From Patescibacteria group bacterium (lineage in GTDB: Bacteria; Patescibacteriota; Minisyncoccia; Phycocordibacterales; CSBR16-119), in the NCBI GenBank assembly GCA_030917865.1, contig JAUPTX010000002.1:40-64039 (forward strand): a stretch of 64,000 nt of DNA. Reading direction: 5' to 3'. Below, one piece after another: positions 25,317 through 34,583 of the stretch. The position numbers and the translations under genes are program-made. The stretch's first letter is position 1. Each line of letters begins with the position of its first letter. The notes beneath the pieces were generated by a model. That model saw only the letters and a list, made by a program, of their open reading frames with translations, was not told where the DNA came from and made no database searches.

Positions 25317-28300
25317 TTAAGCCTCTTCTTCATTTACCACTTCCTCTTCTTCTACATAGTCACCTCGGAAACCTGTTCCTGCCGGGATAAGTCTTCCGAT
25401 AATAACATTTTCTTTTAGACCTCTTAGGTTATCAACGCCACCCTTTATTGCATTATTGATCAAAACTCTGTTTGTGTTTTGGAACGACGCAGCAGATAAC
25501 CATGAGGTTGTTGTAAGCGATACTTGAGAAATACCCTCCACTACAACCTCGGCCTTTGCTGGCTTACCACCCTCAGCTACAGTTCTTTCATTTTCTTCTA
25601 TTAGTTCGATATTTTCAACAACATCGTTTGGAGAAAATGTAGTGTCTCCAGCGTCAGCTATTTTTCTTCTTGAGAACATTTGTCTTACGATTATTTCAAG
25701 GTGTTTTCTTGAAATAGGAGCACCTTGTAGTTCGTAAACTTTGTTAATTTCGTCGATAATATAATTTTCTGCCAAATCCTTACCTCCGTATTTAAACACG
25801 TCAGTAATTTTCGCAGAACCGTCTGTTAGAAGTTGACCTTTTGTCACCACTTCTCCTTTTTTAACAGTAGGTGTTCTCTTTAGAGGAACTGGATATTCTA
25901 GAGTGTTTGATTTTCCATCGTTCTTAGAGTCAGACAGAACTACAATCATTCTTTCTTTTCCTTCACCTTTGATTTCTAGAACTTGTCCGTCTACCATACA
26001 TACAACAGCTGGATTTTTAGGATTTCTTCTTTCGAAAACTTCTTCGACACGAGGAAGACCTTGAGTAATATCTGATCCTCCCGCCACACCTCCGGCGTGG
26101 AATGTTCTAAGTGTTAGCTGAGTACCTGGTTCACCGATAGCTTGAGCCGCAATAATACCAACAGCTTCTCCAAGTTTTACTGGTTTATTTCTTCCAAGAT
26201 CAAGACCGTAACAAGCCTGACATACTCCGTGAACAGTCTCACAAGCGATAGGAGTTCTGATGAAAACTTCTTTGATTCCAAGTTTTTCAATTTCTTTCGC
26301 TTCTTCTTTAGTTACAATATGACCTTTTTTGAAAATGGTATTTCCAGAAGTATCTTTCAAATCTTCAGCCAAAGTTCTACCCATTATGTTTTTAGACAAA
26401 GGTATGATAAGTCCTGAAATATTTTCTTCTGTCATAACTCTGCCTTTCTTTGTTCCACAATCTTCTTCTGTAACAACAACGTCTTGTGACACGTCTACAA
26501 GTCTTCTTGTTAGATAACCAGCTGATGCAGTCTTAAGAGCTGTATCGGCCAAACCTTTTCTAGAACCGTGAGTTGTAATGAAATATTCAAGTGGAGAAAG
26601 ACCTTCTTTGAAAGACGGAACAACTGGGAAATCGATGATTCTACCAACAGTGTTTGTCATAAGTCCTTTCATACCTGCCATCTGCACAAGCTGACCCATA
26701 GAACCTCTCGCTTGAGAATTAATCATGTCAGCCGCTGGACCATTTTTGTCCATAGAGCCTGGAATAGCTTCTTGGATTTTCATCTTTGCAGCTTCCCAGA
26801 TAGATATAACTTTTTGATATCTTTCTTCTTCAGAAAGAAGACCGTCGTTGAATTGAGATATAACTTCTGCTTCTTCTTTTCTTGCATTTGCTACAATCTC
26901 AGTTTTTTCTTTTGGAACAACCACGTTGTCCATACTCCAAGTAATACCTGATTTTGTAGAATATTTATATCCGAACTCTTTAATTTTATCCAAAACTGCT
27001 GGAGTCTCGTCTACACCATATTTGTAAATCACATCGTCAACCAACGCAGAAAGTTTCTTCTGTGTCATGTCGTCGTTTACATATGGGAAATCTTTTGGAA
27101 GAGATGAATTGAACATCAATCGTCCAACTGTTGTTTCAAAAACCTTTCCTTCGAATTTTGCATATCGCGGTGAATCAGTTGGAAGAACTTTTACCTTCGC
27201 TCTAAAAGACACTTGTCCGTAATCATAAGCAGTCATCGCCTCATTTGGACTTGCGAAATATTTTCCTTCACCTGTTGCACCATCTACAGTTTTCGTCATC
27301 CAATAACATCCGAGCACAATGTCTTGTTTTGGGTTAACGATAGGGTTACCGTCTTGAGGTTTAAGTAGGTTTTTGTTTGAAGCCATCAAATCTCTAGCTT
27401 CTGCTTGAGCTGCTTCTCCCAATGGAACATACACCGCCATTTGGTCTCCGTCGAAGTCAGCGTTGAAAGCTGAACATACTAATGGATGAACTTGAATAGC
27501 CTTACCTTCGATAAGAACTGGATTGAAAGCTTGAATACCAAGTCTGTGTAGAGTTGGCGCACGGTTTAGAAGTACATATTTGCCTTGAATCACTTCTTCA
27601 AGAATAGCCCAAACTTCTGGCACACCTTCTTCGATTAACTTGTTCGCACCTCTTATGTTAAATGCAAGCTCTCTTGAAAGAATCTTTGAAATAACGAAAG
27701 GTCTGAAAAGCTCAAGAGCCATTCTCTTTGGAAGACCACATTGGTTAAGTTTTAGCTGTGGGCCAACAACGATCACAGAACGACCAGAATAGTCTACTCG
27801 TTTACCTAAAAGGTTTTGTCGGAATAGACCTTGTTTTGATTTAAGGTTGTCTGACAAAGATTTCAAAGCTCGTCTTTGTGTTTGATTCATCGCAGCATCT
27901 GATTTTGCGATAGAGTTATCCAAAAGAGCATCAACGGCTTCTTGCAAGATTCTCTTTTCGTTTCGCAAAATAACATCAGGGGCGTTGATCTCGATAAGTT
28001 TTCGTAGACGGTTATTTCTGTTTATAACTCTTCGATATAGATCGTTAACATCTGAAGTTGCGTGTCGTCCACCCTCCAGAGCAACCATCGGACGAAGTCC
28101 TGGTGGTATAACTGGTAGAGATTTTACGAACATCCATTCAGGTCTAACATTTGAATGAATCATTGATCTAATAAGACCAAGTCTTTTCTTTAGTTTAACT
28201 TTGTCTAGCGCACCAGCCTTTTCGATCATTTCTTCTGTTTCTTTCTTTAGTTTTTCTAAATCAAGATTTGAGAAAAGATTGTAAATAGCTTCAGCACCAA

Positions 28301-28937
28301 TACTTGCTTCAAAAGCAGAAGAATATCTTAGTGAATAGTGATGATATTCTATTTCTGATAGAACTCGTCCAACATTTATATCAGCCAAATCTCTTTTTGT
28401 GTTAGAGAAAAGTTCTTTTAGCTTTTCTTTTGTTTCGTCATCACTTGCTGATTTTACTTTTTGTTTATATTCAGATTCCAAATCTTTTATGATTCGGCTC
28501 TTTTCGTCGTTGTTAACTTTGTGGATCATATATCCAGCGAAATAAACAACTTTTTCAAGATCAGTTAGAGTAATGTTTAGTAAGATGCTCATTCTTGATG
28601 GAACACCTCGAAGAAACCAAATATGAGCAACAGGAGAAGCAAGTTCTATGTGCCCCATTCTCTCTCTTCGTACAATAGATTTTGTTATTTCAACTCCACA
28701 TTTTTCACAAACAATACCTTTGTATTTTACTCCTCGATATTTTTTACAGTAACATTCATAGTCTTTCTCTGGACCAAAAATCTTTTCATCGAAAAGACCG
28801 CCTCGTTCTGAACGACCTGTTCTGTAGTTTATTGTTTCTGGTTTTGTGATTTCACCATAAGACCATTCTTTAACTCTCTCAGGAGAAGCAAGTTTGATAC
28901 TTATTTGATTGAAATCTTTTTCGTCTAAAACTTTCAT
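25317..28937 (-). CDS. rpoC: DNA-directed RNA polymerase subunit beta'
   Basis: Zinc finger CKKYRGVKYKGIVCEKCGVE, the NADFDGD catalytic motif and the trigger-loop region. 1206 aa. Confidence 0.97.
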   Translation of the reverse strand: MKVLDEKDFNQISIKLASPERVKEWSYGEITKPETINYRTGRSERGGLFDEKIFGPEKDYECYCKKYRGVKYKGIVCEKCGVEITKSIVRRERMGHIELASPVAHIWFLRGVPSRMSILLNITLTDLEKVVYFAGYMIHKVNNDEKSRIIKDLESEYKQKVKSASDDETKEKLKELFSNTKRDLADINVGRVLSEIEYHHYSLRYSSAFEASIGAEAIYNLFSNLDLEKLKKETEEMIEKAGALDKVKLKKRLGLIRSMIHSNVRPEWMFVKSLPVIPPGLRPMVALEGGRHATSDVNDLYRRVINRNNRLRKLIEINAPDVILRNEKRILQEAVDALLDNSIAKSDAAMNQTQRRALKSLSDNLKSKQGLFRQNLLGKRVDYSGRSVIVVGPQLKLNQCGLPKRMALELFRPFVISKILSRELAFNIRGANKLIEEGVPEVWAILEEVIQGKYVLLNRAPTLHRLGIQAFNPVLIEGKAIQVHPLVCSAFNADFDGDQMAVYVPLGEAAQAEARDLMASNKNLLKPQDGNPIVNPKQDIVLGCYWMTKTVDGATGEGKYFASPNEAMTAYDYGQVSFRAKVKVLPTDSPRYAKFEGKVFETTVGRLMFNSSLPKDFPYVNDDMTQKKLSALVDDVIYKYGVDETPAVLDKIKEFGYKYSTKSGITWSMDNVVVPKEKTEIVANARKEEAEVISQFNDGLLSEEERYQKVISIWEAAKMKIQEAIPGSMDKNGPAADMINSQARGSMGQLVQMAGMKGLMTNTVGRIIDFPVVPSFKEGLSPLEYFITTHGSRKGLADTALKTASAGYLTRRLVDVSQDVVVTEEDCGTKKGRVMTEENISGLIIPLSKNIMGRTLAEDLKDTSGNTIFKKGHIVTKEEAKEIEKLGIKEVFIRTPIACETVHGVCQACYGLDLGRNKPVKLGEAVGIIAAQAIGEPGTQLTLRTFHAGGVAGGSDITQGLPRVEEVFERRNPKNPAVVCMVDGQVLEIKGEGKERMIVVLSDSKNDGKSNTLEYPVPLKRTPTVKKGEVVTKGQLLTDGSAKITDVFKYGGKDLAENYIIDEINKVYELQGAPISRKHLEIIVRQMFSRRKIADAGDTTFSPNDVVENIELIEENERTVAEGGKPAKAEVVVEGISQVSLTTTSWLSAASFQNTNRVLINNAIKGGVDNLRGLKENVIIGRLIPAGTGFRGDYVEEEEVVNEEEA

Positions 28938-28956
28938 AATAATTGGAGATTATTTA

Positions 28957-31900
28957 TTAATTATCGTCTTGTGTAAGATCAATATCGAGAGCAAGACCTC
29001 TTAGGTAGTTAAGCATCACTTTAAATGAAGCAGGAATATTTGGTTCTTGTATTTTTTCTCCCTTGATAATTGAATCGAAAGTCTGTGATCGACCTAAAAT
29101 GTCATCAGATTTTATTGTAAGCATTTCTCGTAGCGCGTGAGCAGCACCGTATCCTTCTAGAGCCCACACTTCCATTTCTCCGAATCTTTGACCTCCTGAT
29201 TGAGCTTTACCTCCCAAAGGTTGTTGAGTAATAAGTGAGTATGGACCAATAGCTCTGGCGTGAACTTTGTCTTCAACCATGTGGTGAAGTTTAAGCATGT
29301 ACATGTAACCCATCGCAGTCTTTTGGTCGAAAGGCTCACCTGTTCGTCCATCGTATAGTTGAACTTGTCCGTCTTCTGGAAGACCAGCTTTTCTTAATTC
29401 TCCTTTAATCTCATCTACCGTAGCACCGCCGAAAAGTGGAACTATAGCTTGGTAACCAAGTGCATTCGCAGCAAGACCTAAGTGGATTTCAAGGATTTGT
29501 CCAAGGTTCATACGAGACGGAACACCGAGCGGAGTCAGTATCACGTCCACAGGTTCACCATCTTTTGTATATGGCATTTCTTCTTCTGGTAGGATTGTAG
29601 AGATAACACCTTTGTTTCCGTGTCGTCCTGCAAGTTTGTCTCCAACAGAAATATTTCTAAGTTGTGCAACTTCTACAACAACCTTTTTAATAATTCCTGA
29701 TTCTAGTTGGTGACCCTTATCTCTTGAGAAAACCTTTACAGAGATAACTCTTCCGGCACCACCGTGACCAACACGCATAGATGTGTCTTTTACGTCACGA
29801 GCTTTTTCAGCGAAAATTGATCGTAGCAGTCTTTCTTCTGGAGTAAGTTCTGTTTCTCCTTTTGGAGTAATCTTACCAACCAAGATATCGTTTTCACGAA
29901 CTTCTGCACCAACTCGCACGATTCCTTCTTCGTCCAAGTTAACAAGCTTAGATTCTCCAACGTTTGGAATATCTCTTGTTGTCACTTCTGGTCCTAATTT
30001 TGTATCTCGAACAACACAAATAAATTCTTCAACATAAATACTTGAGAAAATACTATTTTTAACAAGTCTTTCTGAAAGAATAATCGCGTCTTCGTAATTT
30101 CGTCCGTTCCATGACATGAAAGCCACACGCACGTTTTGACCCAAAGCCACTTGTCCGTTAACAGTCGAGGGAGCATCAGCTAGAACATCGCCTTTTTTAA
30201 CTTTGTCTCCAACAGAAACAACAGGTCGCTGTCTCATCATAGAGAATTTGTTTGTTCTGATTGCTCCGATCAAATCGTATTCTGTTTTCTTTCCTGCAGA
30301 ATTTTCTACAACGACTTTTTTAGAATCAACATAAGAAATAGTTCCAGCTTCTTCCGCTAAAATAATTCTTCCTGAATCACGAGCGATGAAGTCTTCCATA
30401 CCTGTTGCTACATATGCAGCTTGAGGCACGATACAAGGCACTGATTGCTTTTGCATGTTTGAACCCATGAGCGCTCTGTTTGCGTCGTTGTGTTCTAGGA
30501 AAGGAATCATAGAAGTACCAACAGAGAAAGCTTGATTTGTTGCAACGTCTATAAAGTCGATATCTTCTTTTGGAGCAAGCCCTGGAGAACCTTTCTTTCG
30601 AGCTTCGATCATGTCTCCTAGAAGATTTCCCTTATCATCTCTTTTAACACCTGCGTGTGCGATGTTGTATTTCTCTTCTTCAAGAGCGTTCATATAGATC
30701 ACTTCTCCAGTGATTTTTCCATTCTTAACTTTTACATAAGGAGTTTCTATAACACCAAATTCATTTATTTTTGAATAAGTAGAAAGGTGAAGAACTAAAC
30801 CGATGTTCGGACCTTCTGGTGTGTGGATAGGACAAACACGTCCGTAGTGAGAAGTGTGCACGTCACGAACTTCAAGACCAGCTCTCTCGCGTGTCAGACC
30901 TCCTGGACCTAAAGCAGAAAGAGTTCTTAAGTGCTCGAGTTCTGAAAGAACATTTTCTTGATCCATGAATTGTGAAAGTTGGTTTGTCGTAAAGAATTCT
31001 TTTATACGAGCTTGTAGTGGGCGTTGATTGATGATTGTCACAGGTGTAGCTGTGTCACCATCGATAGTAGACATCCTGTCTTGGATGTTTCTTTTAATTT
31101 GAGTCATACCAACTCGGAATTTTTGTTGTAGAAGTTCGCCTACATATCGAACTCTTCTTCTTCCTAAGTGGTCGATATCATCTGCCTTTGATCCTGGAGT
31201 TGTGTTTAGGTCAAAAACATTTTTTGTAATAGTCACAATGTCGTCTGCATTAAGAGTTAGTCTTGCTAGCTCTGCTTTGTCCATAGACTTTTCAAAACGA
31301 CTATTGAATCTGTGTCGCCCGACAGCAGAAAAATCATATCTTTCTTTGTTAAAGATTGCGTCGATGAATTCTTTTGCGTTGTCAGATGTAGCCATGTCTC
31401 CGTCTCGAAGTCTCTTGTAGATATCTACATATGCTTCTTCTGGAGTCTTTGCACTATCTTTATCTAGAATTTGATTAAGTAGTTTTTCGTGAACTTCGTT
31501 ACCTTTGAAAGCTTTTCTGATCTTGTCATCTGTATCAAGACCCATAACTCTCATAAGTTCAGTCACTGGGAATTTTCTTTTCTTGTCGATTCTGGCATAA
31601 ACAGTGTTGTCTTTGTCAGTTTCGAATTCAATCCAAACTCCTCTGTTTGGAATAATTTTCGCACCGAATTTCTTTCGTCCTTTTACATCAAGCTCTGTGA
31701 AGAAAACACCAGAACTTCTTGTAAGCTGAGGCACGATAACTCTCTCAACACCGTTGATTATGAAAGTTCCTTGCTTTGTCATCAAAGGAAAATCAGAGAA
31801 GAAAACTTCTTGCTCCTTTGTAGAACCATTTAATCTATTCAAAAGCTTTACACGCACCTTAAGAGGAGCTTCGTATGAAAGCTTGTTCTCTTTTGTGTAA

Positions 31901-32133
31901 AGTGGAGTATGTTTTGGTTCTCCCAAAGTGAAAGATTCAAAAGAAAGTTCAAATTTCTTTTCTGAATAATCCTTCATCGGAGAGAACTCTTTTAATGTCT
32001 CCTTTATACCTTCTTTTATAAGCCACTTGTAAGACTCGATTTGAGTCTCAAGAAGGTTTGGCATAGGAACCAAAGGCTCCTTGTATTTAGAGAAATATTT
32101 TTTCTCTAGCGTTTTGTTTTTCGTTTTCGCCAT
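28957..32133 (-). CDS. rpoB: DNA-directed RNA polymerase subunit beta
   Basis: Conserved beta-subunit blocks (GRHGNKGV, SRMNLGQILE, rifampicin-region sequences). 1058 aa. Immediately upstream of rpoC. Confidence 0.97.
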   Translation of the reverse strand: MAKTKNKTLEKKYFSKYKEPLVPMPNLLETQIESYKWLIKEGIKETLKEFSPMKDYSEKKFELSFESFTLGEPKHTPLYTKENKLSYEAPLKVRVKLLNRLNGSTKEQEVFFSDFPLMTKQGTFIINGVERVIVPQLTRSSGVFFTELDVKGRKKFGAKIIPNRGVWIEFETDKDNTVYARIDKKRKFPVTELMRVMGLDTDDKIRKAFKGNEVHEKLLNQILDKDSAKTPEEAYVDIYKRLRDGDMATSDNAKEFIDAIFNKERYDFSAVGRHRFNSRFEKSMDKAELARLTLNADDIVTITKNVFDLNTTPGSKADDIDHLGRRRVRYVGELLQQKFRVGMTQIKRNIQDRMSTIDGDTATPVTIINQRPLQARIKEFFTTNQLSQFMDQENVLSELEHLRTLSALGPGGLTRERAGLEVRDVHTSHYGRVCPIHTPEGPNIGLVLHLSTYSKINEFGVIETPYVKVKNGKITGEVIYMNALEEEKYNIAHAGVKRDDKGNLLGDMIEARKKGSPGLAPKEDIDFIDVATNQAFSVGTSMIPFLEHNDANRALMGSNMQKQSVPCIVPQAAYVATGMEDFIARDSGRIILAEEAGTISYVDSKKVVVENSAGKKTEYDLIGAIRTNKFSMMRQRPVVSVGDKVKKGDVLADAPSTVNGQVALGQNVRVAFMSWNGRNYEDAIILSERLVKNSIFSSIYVEEFICVVRDTKLGPEVTTRDIPNVGESKLVNLDEEGIVRVGAEVRENDILVGKITPKGETELTPEERLLRSIFAEKARDVKDTSMRVGHGGAGRVISVKVFSRDKGHQLESGIIKKVVVEVAQLRNISVGDKLAGRHGNKGVISTILPEEEMPYTKDGEPVDVILTPLGVPSRMNLGQILEIHLGLAANALGYQAIVPLFGGATVDEIKGELRKAGLPEDGQVQLYDGRTGEPFDQKTAMGYMYMLKLHHMVEDKVHARAIGPYSLITQQPLGGKAQSGGQRFGEMEVWALEGYGAAHALREMLTIKSDDILGRSQTFDSIIKGEKIQEPNIPASFKVMLNYLRGLALDIDLTQDDN

Positions 32134-32379
32134 ATTTACCTAGCCCGCTAATAAAAGATATAAAAACAAAAAAGACGACAAGGCCTACACGCCTTATCTT
32201 CTTTTAGATTACTTGTCTTTATTATCTTGTTTTAGCAAAGCAAATCTTGTATTAAACTCCTAATAATACAATTGCTTTAACGCCCATAACTCAATCGCGC
32301 AATTTGTGTGGTAAGTATAGCTGATTTTTGCATTTTGTCAAATATTGATCACCGTCGCAAAATGATCAAATTTGGACTT

Positions 32380-32721
32380 CTACTTCGGCTCAACTTTTAT
32401 AGTATTTATCTCTTCGTCTACCCTGCTCTTTACATTTGAAACCATCTTTTTCACCTTTCCATACAAAGACCAAAAAACTAACTCCAAAATCAAAAACGGA
32501 ATCAAAGAAAACCAAAACAAAAACCTAAAAAACCCCAAAGAATTTAAAATAATTTCTGTAAAACCCAGAACAAAAAACAAAGCAATAAAAAGTCCGCCTA
32601 AAATAGTAAAAAGTATTAGCGGAGCTTTAATAATCTCCAAAAGAGCATCTTGCCCGAAGCCTGTCGGATCTTTTACTCCATTTTTAACATCTTTATAGGT
32701 TTTAAATATTGCGAAAATCAT
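32380..32721 (-). CDS. hypothetical small membrane protein (113 aa) downstream of trmD, in the slot where rplS usually sits
   Basis: Two or three hydrophobic helices (LILFTILGGLFIALFFVLGF and FLFWFSLIPFLILELVFWSLY). Preferred over the overlapping plus-strand ORF 32372..32698, which has low-complexity composition. Confidence 0.5.
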   Translation of the reverse strand: MIFAIFKTYKDVKNGVKDPTGFGQDALLEIIKAPLILFTILGGLFIALFFVLGFTEIILNSLGFFRFLFWFSLIPFLILELVFWSLYGKVKKMVSNVKSRVDEEINTIKVEPK

Positions 32722-32722
32722 T

Positions 32723-33418
32723 TTATTTTTCTTCCCCCTTTTTATACTCCTCTAATTTTTTATGATGCCCTGAAAGAAAGACTTTTGGAACTTTGTATTT
32801 TTTCACTTTCCCTTCTTTTCCTGCTGGTTTGTATTCATAAATTTCTGGACGTGTGTACATTTCTCCGCTTGAAACTCTATTTTCTTCTAAAGATTCAATT
32901 TTACCGAGAACGCCAGGAATTTGTCGAGAAACTGTATCTATCACAATCATTGCTGGGATTTCCCCACCAGTTAACACATAGTCTCCGACAGAAACTTCTA
33001 GCGCCTTTGTTATTTTTTTCACTCGCGCGTCTATTCCCTCGTATCGGCCACAAATTAAAATCAAATCATCGAACTTTTTCGCAGAATTTTTCGCGAAAGT
33101 AGTATCGAGTTTTTCACCACCCGGAGCAAAGATTATTGTTTTTGTTTTTCCTTTGGATTTTTTAACTGCAGATTCCCACGCGCGGATTATAGGGTCGGCG
33201 ATCATCACCATCCCAGGCCCTCCACCATAAGGTTTGTCGTCTATCTTGCTTGAAATATTTCCATCTGGCCAAACCTTTCGGAGTTTTCCACGCACAAAAT
33301 CCCGCGGGTTATAAAAATTAACTTTTATTTTTTTCTCTTTTATCGCCCGCGCCAAAATAGACTCGCCTAGATACGAGTCGAACATGTTCGGGAAAATTGT
33401 TATTACGTGAAATGTCAT
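32723..33418 (-). CDS. trmD: tRNA (guanine37-N1)-methyltransferase TrmD (start moved to the internal ATG; the ORF track extends to 33487)
   Basis: MTFHVITIFPNMFDSYLGESILARA matches the conserved TrmD N-terminus. The 23-codon upstream extension is AT-rich with low-complexity composition. Confidence 0.85.
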   Translation of the reverse strand: MTFHVITIFPNMFDSYLGESILARAIKEKKIKVNFYNPRDFVRGKLRKVWPDGNISSKIDDKPYGGGPGMVMIADPIIRAWESAVKKSKGKTKTIIFAPGGEKLDTTFAKNSAKKFDDLILICGRYEGIDARVKKITKALEVSVGDYVLTGGEIPAMIVIDTVSRQIPGVLGKIESLEENRVSSGEMYTRPEIYEYKPAGKEGKVKKYKVPKVFLSGHHKKLEEYKKGEEK

Positions 33419-33487
33419 GGATAGTTTAAAGTTGTTGGTTTTTAGTTTATAGAAATAGTTTATATTTTTTAGCATAAATTGCAACAC

Positions 33488-33509
33488 AAAACCCGCCGAA
33501 GCGGGTTTT
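33488..33509. terminator. GC hairpin (AAAACCCGC-CGAA-GCGGGTTTT) between the KH-protein gene and trmD; possible internal attenuator or terminator
   Basis: Palindromic with A/T flanks. Confidence 0.45.
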
Positions 33510-33550
33510 GTGATTTACTGTGCCGTGTCGCGACAAGTTTGTTTTTTAAA

Positions 33551-33865
33551 TTAAATTCCCTTTAAATCATTCATCGCAGCATCTACATCAGATGCCATAG
33601 AACCTGCTGGTTTTTGAAATCCTTCTGGTTCGTCGATTTTTAGATTTACTCTTGAGTTATTTTTCATACCGATAACTCGAAGAAGTGTTCTGATTGCCTT
33701 TGCTGTATTTCCTTGGCGACCGATTATTTTACCCATATCGTCGCGAGCGACTGATAGAGTTAACAATACTCCCATCTCATCAACCTTTCGGTCAATCTTC
33801 ACTTCACCTGCGTTGTCTACTAAAGATTTGACAACATACTCAAGAAATTCTTTATCTCTTTCCAT
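33551..33865 (-). CDS. KH-domain RNA-binding protein (YlqC/UPF0109-like), in the usual position between rpsP and trmD
   Basis: GKIIGRQGNTAKAIRTLL is a KH GxxG loop. Size and synteny match the rpsP-KH-(rimM)-trmD operon. No rimM is present. Confidence 0.75.
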   Translation of the reverse strand: MERDKEFLEYVVKSLVDNAGEVKIDRKVDEMGVLLTLSVARDDMGKIIGRQGNTAKAIRTLLRVIGMKNNSRVNLKIDEPEGFQKPAGSMASDVDAAMNDLKGI

Positions 33866-33994
33866 GTGTAAGCATTAAAATAATATTTTAATTTGCAGAA
33901 CTTCTGACTAAGAATTACTGCTTTAAATATTCTACATTGATAAACAAAAAATTACAACTAGAGTTGTAATTTTTTGTGAATAATTTTTAAAAAA

Positions 33995-34291
33995 TTATTT
34001 TTGCTTTCTTTTTGTTGTTTTAGATTTCTTTGGTAGAACGTTTATCTTGTTTCCTTCGATAACTTTTTTATCAACCAAGAAATTGTGAACTGTTCCTGAA
34101 GCTTTTGCACCTTTTGAAATCCAGTACTTAACTTTTTCTTCTTTTAAGTTAACTGTTCCAGCTTTCGGGTCATATGAGCCAAGAACTTCAATAAACTTAC
34201 CGCTTTGAGCTGCGTTTGTGTGCTCACCAACAACAACCCTAAAATGAGGTTCGTTTTTTCTTCCTGTTCTTTGTAATCTAATCTTTAACAT
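33995..34291 (-). CDS. rpsP: 30S ribosomal protein S16
   Basis: MLKIRLQRTGRKNEPHFRVVV. Confidence 0.95.
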   Translation of the reverse strand: MLKIRLQRTGRKNEPHFRVVVGEHTNAAQSGKFIEVLGSYDPKAGTVNLKEEKVKYWISKGAKASGTVHNFLVDKKVIEGNKINVLPKKSKTTKRKQK

Positions 34292-34298
34292 GTTCGAA

Positions 34299-34327
34299 AT
34301 ATTAGCAGATATTCTTTATATAGTCAA
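34299..34327 (-). promoter_or_regulatory. sigma70-type promoter for rpsP (minus strand: -35 TTGACT, 17-nt spacer, -10 TAATAT), 7 nt upstream of the ATG
   Basis: The reverse complement of 34299-34327 reads TTGACT-atataaagaatatctgc-TAATAT, then ttcgaac ATG. Confidence 0.45.
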
Positions 34328-34510
34328 ATGGTCGAGGGCGCAGGCAAAGCCTGCGCCCAAGTTGGCAAATGAGTGACAGATGTAGCCTATTTTCGATGGA
34401 AAAATCGATTAGGCTTTCCTTGGTGGAACTTCGTAGGAAATCCGCGCCTTCCGCGAGCTCTCGCTCCGCCCCCGGCACGTGTGTGTCTGGTTCCACTTTG
34501 ACCACGTTTA
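34328..34510. other. GC-rich, stop-codon-rich, apparently non-coding structured element (candidate small RNA or 5' leader of rnr); class not identified
   Basis: About 180 nt with far higher GC than the flanks. Perfect hairpin GGGCGCAGGC-AAA-GCCTGCGCCC (34335-34359). Nested hairpin AGCCTATTTTCGAT-GGAAAA-ATCGATTAGGCT (34385-34416). Long-range pairing GTGGAAC...GTTCCAC. No convincing ORF. Confidence 0.4.
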
Positions 34511-34583
34511 CTCATGAAGATCTGGATTTGTTTTAATTCTATCAGACTAATAAATCGCGTCCAAATATGCTAAGCTATAATTA

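Noticed and set aside
32372-32698. 108-aa plus-strand ORF overlapping the minus-strand 113-aa membrane-protein ORF
   Set aside because: It is low-complexity with lysine/asparagine runs and sits antisense to a more protein-like ORF that continues the trmD operon. Only one of the two can be real, and the minus-strand one is preferred.
34302-34505. 67-aa minus-strand ORF inside the GC-rich element upstream of rnr
   Set aside because: The composition and the Cys/Arg-rich tail (…LICQLGRRLCLRPRPFDYIKNIC) look like a translated GC-rich structured RNA. The region is better explained as non-coding.
34328-34510. Attempted identification of the GC-rich element as RNase P RNA, tmRNA or SRP RNA
   Set aside because: No AGGAAAGTCCGGGC or ACAGAAACCCGGCTTA (RNase P). 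No GGTTCGA T-arm or tag-peptide frame (tmRNA). No convincing GGAA-capped domain IV motif (SRP). The class is left open rather than forcing a name.
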